Source of the DNA: Callorhinchus milii
Taxonomy: Eukaryota
Reading direction: 5' to 3'
DNA: 64,000 bases
Assembly: GCF_018977255.1 (NCBI RefSeq)
Contig: NW_024704742.1
Span: 114,702,001 to 114,766,000, forward strand
This document shows, one piece after another, positions 24,801-39,800 of the stretch. Made by a program: the position numbers and the translations under genes. The notes under the pieces are model-generated. The model did no database searches, was not told the origin of the DNA, and saw only the letters and a list, made by a program, of their open reading frames with translations. The first letter of the stretch is position 1, and each line of letters opens with the position of its first letter.

Positions 24801-27800
24801 CCGAAGAAGGTCACCTCCAACAATTCAACACATACCCAGCAATGCACCTGAGCATCAGCATAAACTATACGTAGACTCCTGGCATGAGACTTAATCCACA
24901 ATCTTCTGATTCAGTGGCGAAAGTGCCGCCAACTGAGCCAGGCTGACACAAGTTGTGACACCATAATACACAATAAAAAAAATACAGTCACTGCATTTTA
25001 CCGTAAGATCCTGTGAAGCACTTTGAGAAATTCTGTTACATGAAAGGTGTAATAACAAATGCAAGGAACATCTCAGAGTGCTTCACAGGATTTTACTGTA
25101 AAATGCAGTGACTGTATTTTTATTTTATCACATCACTGATATGTATGCCTTTGCAGGATTTTATTATAAAGTGTAGTGACTGTATTTGTAGTCAAGCACA
25201 GCAGCCAATTTACGCACAACGTCCCACAAACAGCCATGAAGTGAATGATCGATTTTATCTGAGGGATAGTCGGCCAGGACAGCTGGAGAAACTCCCTGCT
25301 CTTTTATATATCGCAACTATATAAATGGTATGGACACTGATTTAAGCTTTCTGTCATTTTTGTGCTTACACAGACACAATCTCAGGCCTCACAGACTGTA
25401 GGAATGTCTGTTGCCATAAGATGGAGCTCTAATTGCAGCCATCAGACCAACATTCCTTGTATTAATGCCAAATTTCTCAACAGGTTTCAAACACTGCAAG
25501 TGGGGTCTAACTTGTGAGAGTTGTAAATCGATTCAGAAGTAGTGATTCCTGTTGATATCTCTGCAATCCCACTCAATGCATTTACATAATGCCTTTCACA
25601 TCAGCAGGACATCTCAAAGCACTTGGCACTGTTTGGGCACCTGAGGATGCCATCATGAAATGAACCTTGACGAGATGAGGAGAGAGGTGAGGGGTGGGAG
25701 TGGAGGAGAGAATCAGAGCAATTCTGGGATGGAGTTCCAGAGAGCAAGGGCAGAATGACATAAATCTGCTGGCAGCAAGAGCCGTTTTTGACTGCAATCT
25801 GGAAGTCGGGATTGATAGCCCACCAAAGGCCATGAGGTCAGTGAAGTGAAATTGGGATGCAGGAACATGAATGTTAATGGGAAGAGTGAGTGGAGAGATC
25901 AGTCCAGGTCAGTTTGGAATTAAAGAGAGACACACAATGCACACAACATTTATATCTGCTGATATTCACACTATTTTAATATCCACAATGAAGACTTGGT
26001 CCCAAATAGTGTGGATATCAGGCTTTCTAGGCGAAAACCTCATACATGTCTCAATGAAACTACATATTGTTAAACATTATAATTTAGAAATGAAGCAAAT
26101 GTTGGAAATTGAGCCTTGTGTCTTCATTAATTTTGCCCAGTCTTGGTGGCAAGGAAATATTTTAAAAACAGCAGTTCATAAAGTGAAGGCATAATTTCAA
26201 TTTATTGGGCTTATACTGACTCTACAGCTCATTATGAGGACATTCTTGTGTAATGATTCCCATCATTAATTTAAGTCAATACTTTGTTGATTCCTAGCTC
26301 CCTTCGAATCTGGTCTGTTATTTAGCATCACTGAACAAAGTAAAGCTGAAAGAGGAGTAATGCCACAAGGTAATGTCAAATTGTCATCAATACTCCTGGC
26401 TCACCAAACTGATTTGACATATTGACCTGAAACTTCTTGCAATTAGAGCTGCAGCTATGGATTTCCTACTAAAGTGACTGTCAGAGTCCAGTCCGCAGAA
26501 ACTAGCAGTGCCTCTAATTGGGCTGACTGCTTGCACGTTTGGTAGTATTCTGGGAAAAAAAACATAATCCCCAAAGGGTTTCAAGCAGTTAAGTATTTTC
26601 CCCCTCCCCCATCCACTGCACCCTGCTCCATTCATCTATTACTTTGTAGCCATTAATTTCATTAAGGCAAAGTACAATTATTATAAGACTCAAGGGGAAA
26701 ATGGATAATTTTCATAGAATGCACTCCATTAGAGAACTTGAAATCACAAAGCAATTTTAAATAAAATAATTCACATCCCTCAATAGCCCAAGGGATATGG
26801 AAGTACTGCCCAATGCAGCGCTGAGTCACACAGATCTGATAGTTGACAGTACGAATCCTGTCCTGTTTTGTGTTGAACTAGTCCAGAGCAGCAAGTGGGG
26901 CACGATCCTCCTGGGGTAGAGAGCAGGTAAGAGCGCTCACATTGTGGCTGAGTTGGCTCCTAGGTTATGTGTCTGGCAACGGATTGTTGGAATCAAGTCA
27001 ATCTTCTGTAGCAGATTCAGTAGTCCAGTTCCTGGACCAGGTGTGTCCTCAGTACTCCAGGACACTGCTCATGATAAACCAGCCAGCATAGATCATCAGC
27101 AGGACTTGTAAGGGCAGACCAGTCACTGGGGACTGGGATGCTTCCCACTCAGTTCCTGTTAATGCAGTTACACTGCAAGCCAAATCCTAACAGGTAGGGT
27201 GGACAAATGGTGGGAAATCTGTCAAACCGTGTTTGTAAGGGCAAAGTACATGGATTTAGCTGGTCAAACTCTAACATTAGCTCAAAATGCACTCTGAGGT
27301 TCCCAAGCATTGACTCTGACAACCAGAGTCAATGTAAACTCTCCAGGATTAAGTAAGCAGGATTTGTCCCTCTGGGAAGAGAATGCCCAGTGTATGGATG
27401 TCAGCGAGGACAGGATAGAGTGTGTGCTCAGGGAGAGAGAAATGGTTCCTATCTAGGCTTCCACTGGGGTTCCTGATACCAGAGGAACAATGCAATGACG
27501 TGAACCTCTGGATGTGTGACAGATCCTACACCTCTACAAAATATAGTCACTATACTATACAGTAAATCTTGTGAAGCATTTTGGATATCCTCCCAACATG
27601 AAAGGTGAAGTATCAAAAGCATGGATTATTATTATTATTGCAATGTGTCTCAGCATTTAAATAGTTGTACCTGAGAGTGTTTGGAAACCCAGTGTCGGAG
27701 GACATTCAAGACACGGTTTGTAGCTGCCCTACGGATTATAAATTCTTTATCACACATGCGCTCTGTATTGTTAAATCCTGCAAAAAAAGGACAAAAGGAT

Positions 27801-30800
27801 ATTTTTAGTGTAAGAGAACAACAGACTTAACAATACATTGCCTTCATATACATTAGTCTTTTGTCTAGGGTTCATGTCACTGTTTATTAACAAGTTGATG
27901 CTGTAGGAAGAGAGTAGGTGGAGTTTACAAATACTGGAGAGTCTATCAAGCAGAGAATGTCATATTCAGCAGCAAGTTAAACTCAACTATGGAGGGGGCT
28001 GGGATCAAATGGAAAATGGTGTGTGATAAGTGCCATAAACGACAGCGTACTTTCACAGGAATAGAGGAAGTGTGGTATCACAAGATTGATTTGTATGAAA
28101 GAAGCCCTTCAGCTCATCTGATCTCATCCCTCAGAGCAAACACCCACTGCAGAGCCCATACACACAATACTGAAACACAACATACAAATCTTGTCAAAAT
28201 GCGAGATTAGCCTATTTTCATATCCATATTGAAAGGCCCAACACATTTCAAATATGTCACAAGATTGGTACGTTTTTGTTTTTTCAATATTTGTGTAAGT
28301 TCCATAATAGCTTGTTTTTCAAGATCAGTACAAAGCAAAAGCTCAGGTAAAACGAGAAAAGTGACGCAAAATATAGGTAGTCTCAAAAACAATAAGATTA
28401 CATTTATATAGTTTTATATTTATATAAAAATTACTTGAAGCCAATGAAGCATTATAATGAACCATTATAATTTCTAATGAATTACTCAGCCTCCATTCTC
28501 CCCGTATTCTTTGTGATTTACATCTCATTCTTAACACACTGCACAGTCCATTATATCTGTAGGCCTAAACTGTGCCATTTATATCAAACAATATCTTTAT
28601 CAGGATGAAACTCAATTAGATGGTTCCCTTTAGACCCTGTAGACAAGTTCACTGATACACATCAGAATGCCAAATGACAGAAATGAGAAAGACATCAACA
28701 CAGTTTAAGGTAAGTTGAAAAGCAAGTAAAAGAACTGAACTGTAAAGATGAACACATTTCAAATACAGGTTAGCAGTGAACATTCAGAATTTAACAATTG
28801 TATTACGTAATTAGAGTGAGTTAGGATTTTTCTTTGAAGTAGTGAAAGAGTTTATTTAGAGCAAGGGGAAATGATTTCTTAAGTGTCTATTATAAAAATG
28901 AATAAGGGGATGTTATTAATAAAACGTTATATAGTCTGAGGTGTTTGGGATGTTAGATGAAGTGTAAGATGACACTCCAATGCAATGCCACGGTAGTGTT
29001 GCATTGTCAGAGGTGCCAGGCTACAGATGAAACGTTAAACCAAGGACCCATCTGCCTGGACAGATGGGCTTAAAGATTCCATTTCATATTCAAAAACGAA
29101 AAGTTTCTCTCAGTGTCCTGGCCAATAATCCCACAAATAAAATTGGCCATTTGTTTCATGACTGTTTGTGGGACATTTCTGTGTACAAGTGCGCAATTGG
29201 TCTGCTGCATTCACTACAAATACACAGTCACTCTACCGATTAATTGCATTGATAGTTTAATTGCAGCCACATTTATGATATTAATTTTTTTGCATAGCAA
29301 ATGTTGAGAAAATATTTATTTTTATATCATAATATTTATTCTTAGAATGAGGGGCGGGTGAATTCAGACAAGCAGAGGTGAAACTTGGCTCTTTGACTTC
29401 ATCTGGGTGAGTATCATTTACTCTTATTTTCCCCAAATTAAATGAAAAGCAAAAGGGAGCATAAAATGGAGGGAAGTAGACCTTTCCAGTAAGTACTGGA
29501 TCGGAGCATTTAATACAGAAAAGCAAACAGCAGTAAACCCACTTGTAATAAGGTGATATTACAGAGCGCCAAGGACCATCATAAGAAATGTCACCATCAC
29601 AGCAACTCTTTCTGTAAATACCAAGTCTGAGATGAACTGAGCTGGACCTGGTTCTTCAAAGGGTGAATTACTTCTGTGTTTTCATTTACTTATGAGTTTG
29701 CGAAGTGCGATGAGGGCTTCTGAGAGGAAGAGGTTTTAATGTACGTTTTCTGTTATAAATCTCAATAAATTTATCAAATAATAATATTAATCCTTGAATT
29801 TCAAACAGCGCCTTTCATATAACGAAGATCTCTCAAAGCACTTCAAAAAATTTACTACAAAGTGTAGTAACTGTATTCTGTAGATGAATACGGCAGCCAA
29901 CTTGTACGCAACAATGACCCATAAACAGCAAAAAAAAAACACAGCATGGAAGTCAATGACCATGGGATCTTCAAAGTTCACCTGACTGCTGCATTGTTGG
30001 AGGTGCCATCTTTCAGATGAACCTTTAAACTGAGGCTCAGTATGCTTGTACAGGTGAACGTTAAACCTCCCATGGCCCTACTCAAAAAGAGAAGGGTGTT
30101 TCTCTCGGTGCCCTGGCCAACAATCCCCCAAATAAAATTGGTCATTCACTCATGGCTGTTTGTGGGACACTGCTGAGCGGAAAATTGGGTGGCATGTTTG
30201 GCCACAAAACACACTTTACAGTATATCATGTGAAGCACTTTAATGTCCACCGAATGTGAAAGGTGCTATACCAAATATGTAGCGATATTCACATCGGAGA
30301 CATCCCAAAGTACATTATTATGTATCATTTACATGCCTATTTTCATTCTTCATGTTTAGGGAAATTACATGTTAATGTGGAGTAATGATCTATTTGCCAG
30401 AACTATCAGTTTGTTCCATTGTTTTTACAGCTACTTGACATTTGCTTCAGAACTAGACAAGATAAACTTACCTCAAGAATAATGGCTATATTTGCATACT
30501 TAGACTGAGTGGATATATAAAAAAAAGTCGTCCAATTTTAAGTCCTCGAATTTTAAGAATGTCAAGTAATATATAAAAAACATTAATAAATTACAGAGCT
30601 CTAAACTACCCCTGTGAGCATACAGCCAGCTATTAACTCCATTAAGTATAGCCATGAGCAATTCACATCGTCGTAAAATGGCCAAGAATTTAATTAACAA
30701 AGTTCACAGGCAATTTTAAAACAAGCGATCCTTTCTAGTAAATCTAAATGCTAATAATTTTATTGTAGGAAGAAATGAGGTTGGTCAATGTGAAACCACT

Positions 30801-33800
30801 GATTTCGCACAATAAACACTGTAAATAGCTGAAGTCACTGCAGATTATTTCAGTGCTAAGATTCCCCTCTTCTTCACACCTACAGTCAGAACTAGCACTG
30901 AGGACACAGTCCCTATCCAAAGCAGATTAGTCTGCTTCCAATTGATTGAAAAATTCAGACCCATCAAAATCAAATGTGATTGTTTCTTTGAAACAAGGAT
31001 ACCACGCTGGCTTTGGACGCTAGGGGAAGGCACACATTTCCATTTGATGATAAAGTTACCCACCTTAGCAATGTGTGGTTTGTACGGGATTTCCCCCCAT
31101 TCTAAGTGTACATCACCAAGGTGGGTAGTTTTGCCTACTCTTGGAAGTTATCTACCCCTAAAGCTTTCCACTGGTCAATAAACTAGTATCCTTGCTAACA
31201 AGTACTGAGAATATGGAAGTCAAAATGAACACACAATAAGCACTGGTAAAAACTTTTGAATATTTATCAGTCTCTACTATTCAACCCTTACTGTTAATTA
31301 TTATCATTCCTGAACTAAGTCCTGCATCTAAGCCTAATATTAGGATTCATTCCAACCACTTACGGCCATCTCTTCCTGACATTCCAATGTCCTTGTGGCA
31401 ACAGCACTAAGATACAGTGAACTTACCAACACACTAAATATGCTAAGGGTCATTTATTTTTAATATTAGAAATTGTTATAGAAAATAAGTACTGCAACTT
31501 TATTGTTATACATTAGGAAACAAAACCATTGCATTATACAGGAAAACAAAATCTAGGACCAATATTTTTTTGAAGAACTCCCTCAAACTGTAGAATACAA
31601 AAACATTGCCAGAAATTCACATGTTACTTGTAGCAAAGAATCGTTGTTTTTTTCCCTGGAACTCGCTTCCTTACTTGCCTGGCTGCTCCGATGATGGGTG
31701 TTACAGTGAGGAGATGCTTGCACATTATTTCAAAGGAGCTGCATTAAACTTCCACATGTCGACACCCAAATCTACTTCTCCTCCAGCAGCAAGTCCAGAT
31801 CTGCTATTATTCTGTCAGCTTCTTTGTCAGACATCAAGGCCTGGATGAGCGCAAACTTCCTGCAGCTGAATGTCAACAAGATGGAAGCTATACTCCTTGG
31901 CTCCCGTCAACATCTTCTCTCCTGCATCTCTGATCTCCTCATCCTCCCCAGCTATCCCCAAGACTTACCAAACATGTAGGTAATTTATGTGTCAGGTTCA
32001 ATCGCCAGCTGTCCTTCCTACGCAACATCTAACTAGGACTGCTTTCCTTCACCTCCGTCATATTGCCCGCCTCTGACCGAAACCCTCATCCATGCTTTCG
32101 TCACCTCTCACCTCTATTCTTCCAATGCCCTCCTCGTCAGTCTCCCCAGGTCCACTATTGCCAAAATCCAAATAATTCAAAACTCCGCCGCCCGTATCCT
32201 CACGCGCTCTAAATTCCATGCTATATAAATGCAAGTTATTATTGCATTTAATTTTATGAGGTGAGCACCAAGGATCAGACTGAAAGTTGAAGTGCCCAAC
32301 CTCAGGAAAGTATTCTGGAGCGTAAACAATAGACAGTTGTGCTGCTTTTTTCCTGGGATTGGGTGGCTCCAGATTAGCTCCCAAAATGGTCGGAAGTGCA
32401 GGCCCAAGAAAAAAATCAAACAGAACCATCCAGGGAGCTGACTGGCCTCTTGCCATAACTTACACCACCAAAGTAAGACATTTTTACAGTGCCCATCACT
32501 TTGAAATGTCTCAAGTTGCCTCACGGGTGATGTAGTGACTGTTTTTTTAGGCAAACACAGAAGTCATTTGCACCAACAAGATTCCACAGCCATGAGGTGG
32601 ATTTCAATGTATACCTCAATAATTTGGAGGATTGTCAAGAAGAAAACCTGGAGAATTATCTCTCTTTCAGAAAAGTGTTATTGGATCTTTTACAACCATC
32701 TGAACAAGCAGTCAGGGCCTCAAAAGACAAAAGATAATCCAATAATAATCCAATCTTCCCCCAGCACCTCACTGGAATATAAAATTTACTATGGTCTTAA
32801 ATTCCAACATGGACTTCAATTTACAGCCTTTTGATCCAGATATGAAACTTCTGCCAAGTAAACCAAGTTAGGTTAGAGTTAGGGTTAGGGCTAAGGAGAT
32901 GGGTCCAGTTATGCTTGAAATGAGAGGATAACTCTCTACATGCAAAACACATATTAATGATCACATTGTGTTCTATAGCTTGTGCAAAGCACTTTGAACA
33001 GTGAGTGTTCCCACTTGGCTTCCCTGCTGATATCAGAAGATTTTTTGTTCTGCTTCCATTATAACAATAACACTTATAATCCTTTCATTTGATATACCAC
33101 CTTATCATGTTGTTGCAATGTCTCAAGTTCTTCAAAGGATTTTATTGTGAAATGTGTGAATATGTTTTTGTAGGCAATTTGCGCAGACAATTTGCACACA
33201 GCAATACCTCACAAATAATCACAAAGTCAGTGACCAATTTTATTTGGAGGATTATTGGCCAGGACACTGAGGGACATGTTTATCCCTCTTTACCTAGCAG
33301 TGAATAAGAACCTGGTTGTTAGATGATTGGCGGATTACTTTTCCGGGGGTAATAATACCTTCAAAAAATAAAAAATAATAATTTGGTCACTCAATCCACG
33401 ACTGTTTGTTGGGACACTGCTGTGTGCAATTGGCTGCTGTGTTTCATCCACAAAATAAACAGTGAATTCACTTTACAGTATATTCTGTGAAGCGCTTTGA
33501 GGTGCCTCAAAGACATGATAAGGCGCAATATCAAATGCAAGGATTATTATTATTATTTATTAAATGACCTTCTCTTTATGAATGTGGGATCTTTACCATC
33601 CATCTGAAAAGCAGGTGGGACCTCAGTTTTACATCTCATCCGAAGGATGGCACCCACAGCACTGCTTTGGAGTGTCAACCTACACTGCAAGTGCAAAATG
33701 GACTTGAACCCACAACTCTCTGGACTTAGAGACAAGAGTGCTGCCAATTGAAAGATGTTGATTCCATTATTTTACGTTTGGAGGAGGTACAAAAAGACAG

Positions 33801-36800
33801 GCAGCAGTATTATGCAACAAAAAGCTTAAATATTTCAAGTGGAAAAATTTAAGCCACTCTGTTCTAATTAACAGCATGACCAAAATGACCCATAGTATAC
33901 CAGAGCAATACCTATGGAAGAATATTTGAGAAACTGGGAATCCTGCATCTTGAAGGTGTAACCTGCTCCCAAAGGCCAGTTTGGAAATTAATTAGAAATA
34001 GTGATCTGGCATGCTGATGGAAAGAAGACACTTGATAGAAAAATGTAAATGATTTTAGTCAAGTGATCAGAGTGATAATCCCAGTGAAGAAATACTGAGA
34101 GTGAAACCTGGAGGTTTGGTAGTCAGGTCACATCAATACAGCGGAGGCCTAGATTAATTCCCAAATTTAGGCGATAGAGCACTCAAGTAAGAATTTCCAG
34201 CCAAGGGCATTTTTCTCATCTAGATAAAGAGGCTAAAAGAAGATTTGATAGAAGGGTTATGAAGGTTTTAGAAAAGTTGGGTGAAGGCCATATTTTCTAT
34301 TGTGTAGCAAATCCAAAACTATGGGACAAGCTCCACAAAAGGGCAACAAAAGCAAATCAGAAATGCGAGAGAAATACCTTCCGTAAAAGTACAATAGCAT
34401 GTGGAGCAAACTACAAACATAGGTTGTAGAGCAAAGGACTATAACGGTTTCAGAAAAGGAACTAGACATTTCAAGGAAATTAAAAGGATTCAGGGTTATT
34501 TAGTGATTAGATTAATGTATAAAGGAATCTTTTGGGAAGTTGGATGGGTTTATTAGACAGACCAATGGTCTACTCCTGCCTGAAACATAATGATCTCGAC
34601 ATGACTATCAGTGACTTAAGTGATGCCTGCCCCTTATTGGCAGAATGTGAAAGGACACAAGTAAATTTGGTTACAAACCACACAGCAAGTTTGGTTTCCA
34701 GACTTTCTGTAAAGGTGTTCTTGGGATCTAATTTGGGATATTCATAAATTGGATTTGTTGTGTTAATTGTGACTCACAGTTTGTGAATATTGGAAGTCAT
34801 TTGACTTGATAGATTCACAAAATGGCTAATCATGCATCCCGGAAGCCAGGAAAGTCTGCAGCCTAACTCACAATGCAGTCTGTAACCACAATGTTACTTG
34901 TTCCAGCCACTCGAGTTCTACCAACAATATAGATGCACTTCAGATGAAGACTTTTTTTAAACAATTTTTTCTCTTCCAAATCTCTGTTGAAGGCCTTAGT
35001 CTCCTTGTTCATTTATTTAAAGTATGGTTCCACTTGTGCCAGGTGTTCTCAAGTGCCTCACCTAAGTGGTTATTGTTCTTGTGTGAGCCTTGTCAGTGAG
35101 TGTTGACAAGTTATGTTGCTGTTGAGCATAATCCTGCTTTACTTGACACCACAAATGTGTACCTTCTTACAGAGATCTCTGATTAGCAATCAGGATTGGG
35201 ATTCCTGCCTGATGTTCCTCTCACTGATCTGGGATACTGAGGCCATCGAGGGAACATTAAAAGGTTTTAAAAAACAAAGAAATCATGATCACTATTTCAC
35301 TGTGGAGAAGCACAGGATAACGACGACGACAACAACTTGCACTCATATAGCGCCCTCCACACAAGATAGCGTCTCAGAGCGCTTAACAGAGGCAGAGCCT
35401 GACTGAAGGTCAGTTCTGTAACACGCTGAACCACTTCAAGGTAGCCCAGGGTATGTATCCAGGCTACCCATCCAACTTCCCAAAGGAATGCACTGATAAG
35501 AAAAGATGTATTCTGTGTTAAGGAATGGGGCATCAGTAAGGCACTGATTACTTCCATCCCATTAATTGACTAAGATAAATAAAATGAATAGGAGAGGGTG
35601 GATTTACCTCCCATAGAAACTCGTCTAAACTTTTCCTGCACTCCTGTGTTTTCGGCTGACGGACTTCCATGTCCTGCTGCCGCTGTGGCAATGGCGAATG
35701 CTGAAGTAGGAGACACAGAGCAGCGTGCATTGTCCATCTCTCTGCAGCCGGCTCCCATCACACCAGACTGAACTGCATCATTCAAATCACACAAAGGACA
35801 TGCTTAATTCTACCACTCTGCAGATCTATTTTAAGCAAAAGCTACGATACTAAATAGCAAACTATCCTACGTCTTTGTCTTTTGACCTAACGAGTTAGCT
35901 AAACCACTGTGGGAATTGCAATTCATTTAGCATTTATAAAAGGTGTTAAGAAATTTCTTATACTGTATACTTTGTGAGGAAGTGCATGAGATATCTTCAG
36001 GTTATGACTGTAAAAACCTTCAGCATGACACTGATAACGTATTATCACACACTGATAATCTGTTCATTTATAAAGAAGCAACTGCATTTTTATTCAGGCA
36101 TCCATCAGGAATTACGAAAAGAATTTATGGAGGAATTTTACATATCACCATGTGCGTGATATGCAGATTGCAGCATCTGACAACTTGTGAAACATTAGTA
36201 ATACTGTCCACCAGCAAAGTGAGATTATATAGATTTCTCCCCACTTTTGTATTGAAAGGGTTTTCCATTTTAAGGGCCCCATGTTCATAACCCTGCAGAG
36301 ATAATCAGGAAAATGCTCCTAACAGTGAATACCACTCTTTCCATGAGGTGGTGCACAAGAATCCATTTGACTAAATCACTTGAGTTCCTTACTTCCCTAC
36401 CAGCAGGCAAGCTCCTGGTTTTTTTTGTTGGTGGCTCCCTATCTGTACAGGGACCATGTTTGAGTTGTAAGAGTGAATCCATGTCCTATTGCTCAGTATT
36501 GCCATGATCATTTATTGTACTGACACACCAGCCCATCTACAGACCGAGATTCATGTGTATTGAAATAGAGTACATATTCCATTCCAATACATCAGGAATT
36601 TGCATTTGTAGGTAGGATGCATGGAATTCTCATTTTGATTTGGATTCTCTTAAGCATGATGATGGATTTCCGCATGTGTTGGAAGGCATTGGAAGGTTGG
36701 AAAGCTTTGGATGTAAAGTGAACTAACAGTTCAAATATACGCAACTTAAAGCAGCCCCAGGCTACAACATAGGCCAAAAGATTGTTCATCCCAATTGCTC

Positions 36801-39800
36801 AGTAAATGCAACTGTTAAGTTTATGTGTCACATTAGCTACCAGCATTTCTAATCCACTTTAAACACAAAAGCTCAGTTAATTTGTACAAGTTAAAATATG
36901 AGGGCTTAAGGTGTAATAGAGGTATGTTACATGTTGGAAACTTTGCTTGTAATACACGAGGAGTGATGTGTCGTAACCTTGCATAACCTAATGTAGACTT
37001 AATGCTGCAATGCAAATGTCATAAATCGCTGCAGACATTTCTTTTCCTCCTTATATTCTTTTTTCCTTTGGAATACACGTACCCTCACCTCCTGACTGCC
37101 GGAATCTGAGATGCCGTGGGGTAGAAGGAGATCTACATGGAGACATTTCTGCTGCCTCGACAGTCTGAGCCCCTTCTGGAATTGTCTTGTCCAAAGACAG
37201 AGACTCTAGACCTGCTGCTACCAAAAAGTAACATTTAGTAAATATATCACATTGAAGCTGAAAATGGCATTTTTCGCTCGTAACAAACCAAAATCTTCCA
37301 TGGAAAGTCTGTTCTGTTACGTGAGTTTTCTTTTCATTTGCTAAATGACGTATTCTTGGTCAAAAACAATAGTGCAAAATATCATTCTGTCATAAACCTA
37401 AATTTTAATATCGCAGACCGATTCTGAAAAAAGAAAATGTGATCTATTTCATGAAGCAACAGGTCTTGAAACATCTTCAATCCGGTTGTTTGTATGGTAT
37501 TGTTGTATCGATGCTGTATCTGTTTAAGTGTACTACAATAAAGTAAGATTCGTACACCTCAATGGACAACAATGTTGGTCACATTCTGATAAGACAGTCA
37601 TTCAAAATCTTTAACCTATCTTTCTCTTTCAAATGTTGAATGATCTGCTCTGCATTTCCACCGTTTTCAGGGTTTATTTCAGGTTTTCTGTCTTCAGAGG
37701 AGTTTTGCCGACTGTGTAACCATTCTGGGACACTCCAACAAGTTTGTTAGCCTTTCAACATATTCCAGATACATTGTCAGGTATTACGTGGTAATATTGG
37801 TAACTTTCAAAATTCTCCAATAGTTTTATCAGTCAGCAGTAAATTCTTGGACATCCTTCAATGGACTTTGCACTGTTTGTACCACACAATTATAAATACC
37901 AGAAAGAAATGTCTGACATACCCCTATATAAAAACAATCAGATGGAAACTTTTCCAAGAGAAAACATGCCTTACCCTGAAACCTCAAATGCTTAAAGGGG
38001 TACTTTCTACTCTATTATACTATATTAAAAAGTGTTTGACAAAAGTACTCTTGTGTACAACTACTACAAATTTGCTGACTACAAATACTAAGATGTCAGT
38101 TGTACTGATATGCATAATCACATTACTTGCCATTGAAAATTGGTCCATTATGTATCACCATGTGTAAATGCAGGTATACAGATGGAATTACAGGAATCCC
38201 ACTCCTCCTTTTCCCCTGCTTGGTATCCAACCCCCATCTTTGTGAAGCTCTCCAAGATACTGTCCTATGGGAAGAGCACTATATAAATGCACATTGTTGT
38301 TGTTACGTGATTAACAACCAGAGAATGGATAGAGTTGTTTAGTTATATAATAGATTATTTTCATTGAATGTTAATTACAAAAGGGTACCCATATTTCCCT
38401 CTGTACATTTACACAAGGTCTTCGCATTGTACATAATATACCTTTTTTCACATGACTTACACCAGGGTGGCTGCTGAGGGCCAGATGTCCTATTTGAGAA
38501 ATGTCCACAGGACACATAAGCAATATTTTTCTGCTTCCCTTCCAGAGGAGTCTCCCATAAAAAAAAACTCTTTTCAAAACACAGTGATGGTTGCTTTCAA
38601 TATGCTCCTAGATTTCTCTGATGGCTTTCATTGATTTGTTTAAATATTGCTGTAATACAGTGAGTGTTGCTAACATCACTGGAGGGAGACGTAACTTGAG
38701 GACTTAGCGAAGTGCGAGAGCTGACTTACTTCGTATAGCTCAAATGAAGCTTCTGTTAAAGGCAGTCTCTCTGCAGTTCTTAATTCAGATCCTTCACTTT
38801 GAGTCTCTCTCCCACAGTCTCATCAGCTCTTATTATGTATACATTCACAGGAAGAGAAAGATAAGACTCATTTGGGCTTCACTAATAGTTCAGTGGATAT
38901 ATACACTCTGCTTAGTGGGCTACTGAGCTACACACACCAGTCTAGTATCATCCTTGGTCTGTGCTGAGTTAGTTGATCTCACCTACAATGGTGCTGAAGG
39001 CCCTGCAGTTAGCAGTTAGCCTCCTTGGGTAGGGAGGAGATAAACAGTTAGGATTACAGTTTGGTATAGATGTATACATTTAAATCCTTTTTGTTATAGT
39101 ACAAGGAATGAGGGCACCCTCACTGCCCTCTGACATCCTTAACCTTCTTGTCCTATTTCTCAGACTCACTGAAGCTGCGCACAACCTAGGTGTTAGGTTC
39201 AATCCACAGCTGTCCTCTCTATCTCACATCTGGTCCCTGATCAGGACCCATTTACTCCACCTCTGTTATATTGCCTGCCTCCTACTGCACCTCACACCTG
39301 AGACAGCTAAAACGCTTATCCATGCTTCCTCGATTTTTCCAAAGCACCAGTACCACCATTCATCAAATCAATTCAAATCTCTGCTACCCATATCCTCACC
39401 CACACCAAACTCTGTAATCCCATTACCCTAGTCCTTGCCAGGCTTCAATTCTTCCCTATTGTAGAACAGATTGATTTCAACATCTTCACACTCATGTACA
39501 AACAGTAGAGCAGGAAGGGGTAACAGACTAATGGAAGCAAAGAAAAGGAGAGCAAGAGGACATAATGGGCAGAGTTACCTGAAAGAGGATGTGCACTACT
39601 CAGAGTTGGCGTTTTTGTGAGTTGGGAGTTTTACAATATAACAGGTTCATTTTGTTCATATTTGTCTCAGTGTATTTTCCCTTATGTCTTCATGCCCTGG
39701 CAATCCCTACTTCTTCAGCCTACTTACCCCCCATTCCTCTACCCATCCCCTTCTCTCAGTTGGCTTTGGTCTCCTGTACGTCCCTCATCCCCTCCTCTGC

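Noticed and set aside
32867..32896. Telomere-like GTTAGGGTTAGGG
   Set aside because: Only two perfect units; too short to call an interstitial telomere.
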